NCBI GenBank assembly: GCA_965655095.1
Contig: CBFHFQ010000011.1
Coordinates: forward strand, 248,001 to 312,000
Reading direction: 5' to 3'
From: Haplodiscus bocki
Taxonomy: Eukaryota
DNA: 64,000 bases
How positions within the stretch are numbered: position 1 is the first letter of the stretch; the number at the start of each line of letters is the position of its first letter. Below the pieces are notes generated by a model. That model was not told the origin of the DNA and searched no databases. It worked only from the letters and a program-made list of their open reading frames with translations. Below are positions 63,601 to 64,000 of this stretch, piece after piece. The translations under genes were made by a program, and so were the position numbers.

Positions 63601-64000
63601 TTGTTCGTTGTAAACCGCAAACAAAAAAATCCATCAGCAATCATGAAGTGTTCTTGAAGAGAAGCCTCCGCAGAAGTTGTTGGGTTGATGCATTGGGGTA
63701 TTTGGTTAAACTACGCCCTTGTTCTGTGGACGCTTTTGTAAAATTCTGTCGTGCAAATGGTACCGATGGACGGGATGGGATTCTGAAACGCGAAATGAGA
63801 ATACACATTGTTCCGTTGCTTGTGACGAAAAACGCGTCACAATTTGTTGCTCAGTGGAAGCAGTTGTCCGAAGAAAATGCCGTGGTTGTTTTCAGTAACA
63901 TTTTGCCGAATAACCCAACTAAATTTCTACTACATTTGCTCTTGACTAATGGAGAATTCGACACAGAGATGGACATTCTGAACGTGCAATCTTTCAGAGA
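54643..64000 (+). mobile_element. Helitron-like element H3, near-identical to H2 and truncated by the window edge
   Basis: Starts CAGTGGAGGCGACGGCGAAAATTAC. Colinear with H2 at offset ~19146. Confidence 0.9.
58218..64000 (+). pseudogene. RepHel gene of H3 with a premature stop; continues past the window
   Basis: Matches the H2 ORF, but GAA is TAA at 59583-59585. The downstream sequence stays colinear with H2 through the Rep motifs. Confidence 0.85.

Larger units (their letters stand above)
1..64000 (+). repeat. Mixed head-to-tail array of autonomous and non-autonomous Helitron-like units (order AABBBCCCBBBHDCDCHDCH), open at both window edges
   Basis: GACCACC followed by TAG or CAG begins at 1245, 2500, 3928, 5363, 6797, 7846, 8895, 9945, 11381, 12816, 14252, 31289, 32350, 33391, 34448, 35489, 52534, 53591 and 54636. 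Every interval between these sites is a copy of one of five families. Confidence 0.93.

Overview
Eukaryotic DNA (GT-AG introns) in which the whole 64 kb is one head-to-tail array of 20 rolling-circle (Helitron-like) units, all in the same orientation and with no host spacer DNA. Each of the 19 junctions carries the same core, GACCACC followed by YAG. The order is A A B B B C C C B B B H D C D C H D C H. A (~1.25 kb), B (~1.43 kb), C (~1.05 kb) and D (~1.06 kb) are hairpin-rich non-coding families. H is a ~17 kb element. It encodes a ~2,685-aa protein with a Zn finger, an OTU protease, a HUH Rep domain, a PIF1-type helicase and a C-terminal SLX1-like GIY-YIG nuclease. It also carries a two-exon SGNH hydrolase gene and a 336-aa unknown protein (possibly OB-fold/Zn). 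The middle copy H2 is intact. H1 has a frameshift and a nonsense codon, and H3 has a nonsense codon and runs off the window. The main candidate novel system is a Helitron that appears to insert at its own end-junction, building cassette-like mixed arrays with several non-autonomous families. That mechanism, and the novelty itself, are inferences that need database and genome-wide checks.
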